Part shown: in pieces, positions 59,830-64,000 of the stretch
Layout: each line of letters begins with the position of its first letter
Numbering within the stretch: position 1 is the stretch's first letter
NCBI GenBank assembly: GCA_045531675.1
Contig: JAZSEN010000057.1
Coordinates: forward strand, 10,143 to 74,142
Direction: 5' to 3'
DNA from: Faecousia sp.
GTDB lineage: Bacteria > Bacillota > Clostridia > Oscillospirales > Oscillospiraceae
DNA: 64,000 bases
The notes under the pieces: generated by a model
Seen by the model: the letters and a program-made list of their open reading frames with translations, nothing else
Databases searched by the model: none
Told to the model about the DNA's origin: nothing
Translations under genes and position numbers: made by a program

Positions 59830-60873
59830 TCAGACCTCCGTCAAACGGCGGTGTAACTCAGCAGGACTAATGTTCATGCACCGTGCCACCGCTTCCGACT
59901 GGGTCAGGGGACTTTTTTCCGCCAGCAGAATCGTCAGACTGCCACCGCCGATACGGGCGCGGTAATCTGCCAACGCGCCATAAGCAAGGGCGGAATACTG
60001 ATCAAGCACATACTGACTGGTGCGGTAAACGCTGGGCAGAATGGTTTCCACCCGAACATGGCTGATGACTGCTGCAAACATCCCCTGTCGAACGGAATCG
60101 TAAACCGCCTTCTCCGGCACATAAGTGCCGCCTTCAGTAATATTCCAGCAGAATTGCATTGCTTCTTCCTGACCGCACGCGCCGCAAACCAATCTCTCCA
60201 GCGCAGGGTGAACAGCATAATCGCAGGCGGGGGTATCCGTGTGAATCAAGGGAGAATCCGCATCCAATTCACCACGGTGCAAAAGCTCCCATGGTCCACC
60301 ATTTTCATTGCAACCGCAGATTACAGTATCAATGGGCAGACCCATCTGACGGGCATACCACGCAGCCATAGGACCGGAAAAATCCCCAACACAAAGCGCC
60401 ACATTTACGGGCGTATCCCGACGAATCTGCTGCGTTCGAAGCAATTCGCCAAAGATGCCGAACAGCAGCGCAATACGAATCGCAAGCTTAGACCAGTCTG
60501 AGGGTTGACCGATAATATCACCGTCAGGGTGAATCCGTTCAGACAGAGTATGAATAAACCGGTCCAAATCTCCGTCCGCATTACGAAACAGTTCCGCAAC
60601 CAAGATGCGATAATTCATAGGTTTCAGCAGACAGGGACGTCGACCAATGACCATATCCACATCCCAGCCGGTGAGCTTAACACCGAAAAACAGTTCCAGA
60701 ATATCAGCAACATTCTGACCGAAGGATTTTGTACCAAGCGCAGTAATTTGCTCCGGTTCTAAAACAGGCATGCGGAAAGGCACGAACATGCCGCCGTCTG
60801 ACGGACGATCCTGACGGAGAGTGACAGGAGCGGTAAATACATCATGTTTACTTCTGGTGGTTACATACAGCAC
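59830..60873 (-). CDS. Threonine synthase-like protein lacking the PLP lysine motif
   Basis: MLYVTTR..DGGMFVP, GDF....AAWYARQMGLP, NEN, LERL, YVLD match the ThrC layout; ELFHGPTxAFKD appears as ELFRNADGDLDR. Confidence 0.7.
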   Translation of the reverse strand: MLYVTTRSKHDVFTAPVTLRQDRPSDGGMFVPFRMPVLEPEQITALGTKSFGQNVADILELFFGVKLTGWDVDMVIGRRPCLLKPMNYRILVAELFRNADGDLDRFIHTLSERIHPDGDIIGQPSDWSKLAIRIALLFGIFGELLRTQQIRRDTPVNVALCVGDFSGPMAAWYARQMGLPIDTVICGCNENGGPWELLHRGELDADSPLIHTDTPACDYAVHPALERLVCGACGQEEAMQFCWNITEGGTYVPEKAVYDSVRQGMFAAVISHVRVETILPSVYRTSQYVLDQYSALAYGALADYRARIGGGSLTILLAEKSPLTQSEAVARCMNISPAELHRRLTEV

Positions 60874-61805
60874 CGCTCAAACACCCCCATCGCATTGTTC
60901 CAGAATATGTTAAGAATCTGATTCTCTGACAGTCCACGTTCCAATAGCTTATCCGCCAGTAAAGGATAGCCCTGAATGCCGTCAAAACCGGCTGTCAGGC
61001 TATCGCAGCCGTCCAGATCCGCTCCGAGGGCAATGTGGTTGCACTCCGAATCCAACGCAATCCAGTGCATAATATGGTCGCACACAGTATCCAGCGTGGG
61101 ATTATCGCCCACAAAAGCATCGCATTGATTGAAACCCACCACGCCACCGGTTTCGCAGATAGCGCGGAACATATCATCGGTCAGGTTGCGACTGACGTTA
61201 CAGACATGCCGACTGTTGGAATGGGATGCAACAATGGGGGCCTGCGTCATTTTGATAACATCCCAGAAGGCCTCGTCGCTGAGATGGCTCACATCAATCA
61301 GCATCCCCAACCGCTGGGCTTCTTTTACAAATTCCCTGCCCTGATCCGTCAGTCCACCGCCTGTCAGGTGCGAACCTGCCAGAGGATTCTTTTCATTCCA
61401 TGTTAGCGTGGTCATGCGGAATCCAATCAGGCTCAAATCCTCCAGTAACGCCGGATCATAACCAAAACCGGCAGGACCTTCGATGGTTAAAATGGCAGAC
61501 ATTTTCCCCTTTTCCCGATTGCTACGGATATCCTCCGGCGTATAAGCAATAGAAATCAAGCGCTTGTTTTGATCAATCTCCCGCTGGATGGTTGCAAGCT
61601 CCCGTTCAAACATAACCACAGGAGAAACGCCCTCCATCAGAGGACTGGTGTAGCAGGCAAAACACTGTGCATACGCATCCAGCATCTTCGCCCGTTCCAA
61701 ATCGATATGGAGTTGGTTGCGGCGCAGCTCACCTTCGCTGTTGCGGTCGCTGCCCAACAAAGCAAAAGCTGTATCGCAATGCAGGTCAAATACAGGCACA
61801 ATCAT
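60861..61805 (-). CDS. Membrane dipeptidase (peptidase M19)
   Basis: DLHCD, IEG, LTWN, DVSH, SHSN, RNL.D, G.D.DG. Confidence 0.92.
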   Translation of the reverse strand: MIVPVFDLHCDTAFALLGSDRNSEGELRRNQLHIDLERAKMLDAYAQCFACYTSPLMEGVSPVVMFERELATIQREIDQNKRLISIAYTPEDIRSNREKGKMSAILTIEGPAGFGYDPALLEDLSLIGFRMTTLTWNEKNPLAGSHLTGGGLTDQGREFVKEAQRLGMLIDVSHLSDEAFWDVIKMTQAPIVASHSNSRHVCNVSRNLTDDMFRAICETGGVVGFNQCDAFVGDNPTLDTVCDHIMHWIALDSECNHIALGADLDGCDSLTAGFDGIQGYPLLADKLLERGLSENQILNIFWNNAMGVFERCCM

Positions 61806-62167
61806 TGAAACGCATCCTCCATATGATGAATCTGAGGTTTTTTCGTCAACGTTCCCTCCGGCGCGTAAATTTCGATTACATCGAATCTCGGCTGAAGTGC
61901 GGTGGGATTTTGCGACAAATACATAGATGCCGTTGTCCGCAGACGTTCCTGCTTGTGGCTGTCCACATATTCCATCGCTGCAGCAAAGCTGCCGGATTTG
62001 CGCAGCTTTACCTCAACAAACACCAGAAACCGTTTGTTTCTGGCAATGATATCGATTTCACCAAAACGACTGCGATAACCGGCCGCTTCGATGATATAGT
62101 GCTTTTTTCGCAGATAATCCGCAGCCAAAGCTTCTCCCCAGAAGCCGGAAAGGTTATTTCTCCCCAT
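61802..62167 (-). CDS. yraN: YraN family protein
   Basis: GE..A..YL, GEIDII, LVFVEVK, RFDVI. Confidence 0.93.
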   Translation of the reverse strand: MGRNNLSGFWGEALAADYLRKKHYIIEAAGYRSRFGEIDIIARNKRFLVFVEVKLRKSGSFAAAMEYVDSHKQERLRTTASMYLSQNPTALQPRFDVIEIYAPEGTLTKKPQIHHMEDAFQ

Positions 62168-62768
62168 AGAATTTCTTCAAAAAGGTCATACGGTGAATGG
62201 GACTGGGGCCATGTGCGGTAAGAGCGGCATAATGTGCCCTTGTTCCGTAACCCTTATGTACATCGAACTGATACTGGGGGAACTGTTTCGCTGCTTCCAG
62301 CATCAAATCGTCACGGGTCACCTTGGCTAGAATAGAGGCAGCGGCAATGCTTGCACTCCGGCTGTCACCTTTAACAATGGTTTCCACAGGTAACCCAAAA
62401 TCCTTCGTCCGATTGCCGTCAATCAATGCCAGCTCCGGCCGGACAGACAACTGCGCCAGCGCCCGTTCCATAGCAAGATAGGTCGCCTGCAAAATGTTGA
62501 TTTGGTCGATTTCCTCATGGGTGGCAAGTCCGATACCATAAGCAATGGCCTGCTCCTTGATAACCGGAAACAACTCCCGGCGGCGTTTATCCGTCAGCTT
62601 TTTACTGTCGTTCAAGCCAGGGATTTCCACATTAGGCGGCAAAATAACTGCGGCGGCACAGACAGGACCTGCAAGAGGTCCTCTGCCTGCTTCATCTACA
62701 CCGCAAATCAGCTTGATTCCCTTACTGAAGTGGGAATTTTCAATTTCCCACATATTCACTTCACTCAT
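62154..62768 (-). CDS. rnhB: Ribonuclease HII
   Basis: GVDEAGRGPLAGPV, DSKKL, IAAASILAKV.RD, HKGYGT. Confidence 0.97.
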   Translation of the reverse strand: MSEVNMWEIENSHFSKGIKLICGVDEAGRGPLAGPVCAAAVILPPNVEIPGLNDSKKLTDKRRRELFPVIKEQAIAYGIGLATHEEIDQINILQATYLAMERALAQLSVRPELALIDGNRTKDFGLPVETIVKGDSRSASIAAASILAKVTRDDLMLEAAKQFPQYQFDVHKGYGTRAHYAALTAHGPSPIHRMTFLKKFYGEK

Positions 62769-63634
62769 TTTATATCCTCCGGCAGCTCCAAAGTAAAGCG
62801 TCCCAGCTTTCCGGCGCGATACTCATCCAGAAGCACCTTCGCCATCCGCTCAGTATCAATCATGCCGCGGGACAGCAGATATCCACGTTTCTTTCCTGCC
62901 TTTTCCAAAAGCTCGTAACCAGGAGTATCCGGCTCGGCCTCGATGCCGTATCGATCAATAACGGCCTGAGGATACCGCTTCCACAGCAACTCCATCAAAT
63001 GGCAAGACAATTCCTCAATGTCAAGAATATCCTCCTTAACAGCACCGGTATAAGCCAGCATCATGCCCACATTGGGGTCATCGAATTTGGGCCACAGGAT
63101 ACCGGGGGTATCCAGCAAAAGCAAACCACCCTCAACGGTGACCCACTGCTTACCGCGGGTAACACCGGGACGATTCTCCGCCTTGGCACCCTTTCGACCG
63201 GAAATCTGATTAATTAGAGTAGACTTGCCCACATTGGGAATACCCACAATCATCACACGCAAAGAGCGGCTCATGCCACGGGCGGCATCCCGCTCCAGCT
63301 TCTCATGGAGCACCTGCCGAACCGCAGGGGTAAACGCATTAATGCCTCTGCGACTCTTGCAATCTGTGGGCACCGCTGCCTTGCCCTGACTGCGGAAAAA
63401 CTCCGCCCAGCGCGCAGTAGCATTGGGATCCGCCAAATCCATCCGGTTGAGAATCATAATGCGGGGTTTATTGGCGCAAATGCTGTCGATATCCGGATTC
63501 CGGCTGGATATGGGAATCCGTGCATCCACGATTTCACAGACCGCATCCACCTGTTTCAAATCCGCTTCGATTTGTCGCCGTGTTTTGGTCATGTGACCGG
63601 GATACCATTGAATGTTCATCTGATTATTGTCCAT
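62765..63634 (-). CDS. rbgA: Ribosome biogenesis GTPase RbgA/YlqF
   Basis: IQWYPGHM, DAR.P.SS.NP, GIPNVGKS, DTPGILWP. Confidence 0.96.
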   Translation of the reverse strand: MDNNQMNIQWYPGHMTKTRRQIEADLKQVDAVCEIVDARIPISSRNPDIDSICANKPRIMILNRMDLADPNATARWAEFFRSQGKAAVPTDCKSRRGINAFTPAVRQVLHEKLERDAARGMSRSLRVMIVGIPNVGKSTLINQISGRKGAKAENRPGVTRGKQWVTVEGGLLLLDTPGILWPKFDDPNVGMMLAYTGAVKEDILDIEELSCHLMELLWKRYPQAVIDRYGIEAEPDTPGYELLEKAGKKRGYLLSRGMIDTERMAKVLLDEYRAGKLGRFTLELPEDIK

Positions 63635-64000
63635 CAGTCGATTGCTCCAATCCGGCTGTAATCTGCCTCTACCGTTCCTTTATGAGTACCGGGCATCATC
63701 AGGAAAATTGCTTTACCAAGAATCTGCCGTTCGTCAATCAAACCGATTTCTGGATTGCGGCTGTCCTTCGAACTACCACGATTGTCACCTAAAACAAAAA
63801 CCTTCCCTTCATCTACAACCAGAGGAAATTCAACACCCTCATCCATCGTGGTGGGTGTATAGGCATATTCTTCATTGAGCGCCACGCCATCAACATAGAC
63901 GATTCCAGCGGTGAAATCGATATCAACCATCTGCCCCTCGGTGGCAATGATTCTCTTAACGATACATTCACCATCATCAAAAGACTGTTTACTGGCTACG
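63634..64000 (-). CDS. lepB: Signal peptidase I (5' end outside the window)
   Basis: IVKRII (Lys box), FVLGDNR..S.DSR. Confidence 0.9.
   Translation of the reverse strand, partial: VASKQSFDDGECIVKRIIATEGQMVDIDFTAGIVYVDGVALNEEYAYTPTTMDEGVEFPLVVDEGKVFVLGDNRGSSKDSRNPEIGLIDERQILGKAIFLMMPGTHKGTVEADYSRIGAID

Overview
Chromosomal window from a spore-forming Clostridia bacterium, probably Oscillospiraceae/Ruminococcaceae-like (inferred from gene content and order). About 9.8-64 kb is housekeeping and sporulation DNA, mostly on the minus strand (pfkA, xerD-spoIIM, pgm, coaD-rsmD-uvrC-ptsH-mutS2-recO-era-ybeY-phoH-yqfD/yqfC, ligA-yunB-pcrA, asnA, xseAB-nusB-spoIIIAA..AH, coaX-panT/coaBC, ftsK, lon-clpX-clpP-tig, rnhB-rbgA-lepB). 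The notable part is 1.16-8.18 kb: an apparently complete ~7.0 kb integrase-less filamentous (inovirus-like) prophage with an HUH Rep, SSB-like protein, small coat proteins, pI/Zot ATPase and an XRE repressor with three operators. It sits in a palindromic 14-6-14 dif-like site just upstream of a stand-alone Xer-family recombinase, an arrangement like XerS/difSL. Best candidate for an undescribed system: the prophage adhesin gene has a clear -1 programmed ribosomal frameshift signal (T TTT TTT slippery site, then a stem/pseudoknot; the -1 frame opens exactly at the site). One ectodomain would thus be made with two C-termini, a major-coat-like anchor (0 frame) and a pIII-like anchor (-1 frame), like natural dual phage display. 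Other points: a five-copy 24-bp palindrome family in the prophage, a dif arm overlapping the recombinase -35 box with an extra half-site inside its CDS, a pan-motif-like hairpin, and probable pseudo-enzymes (ThrC-like, UppP-like). All calls come from reading the sequence and recalled family motifs; no searches were run.
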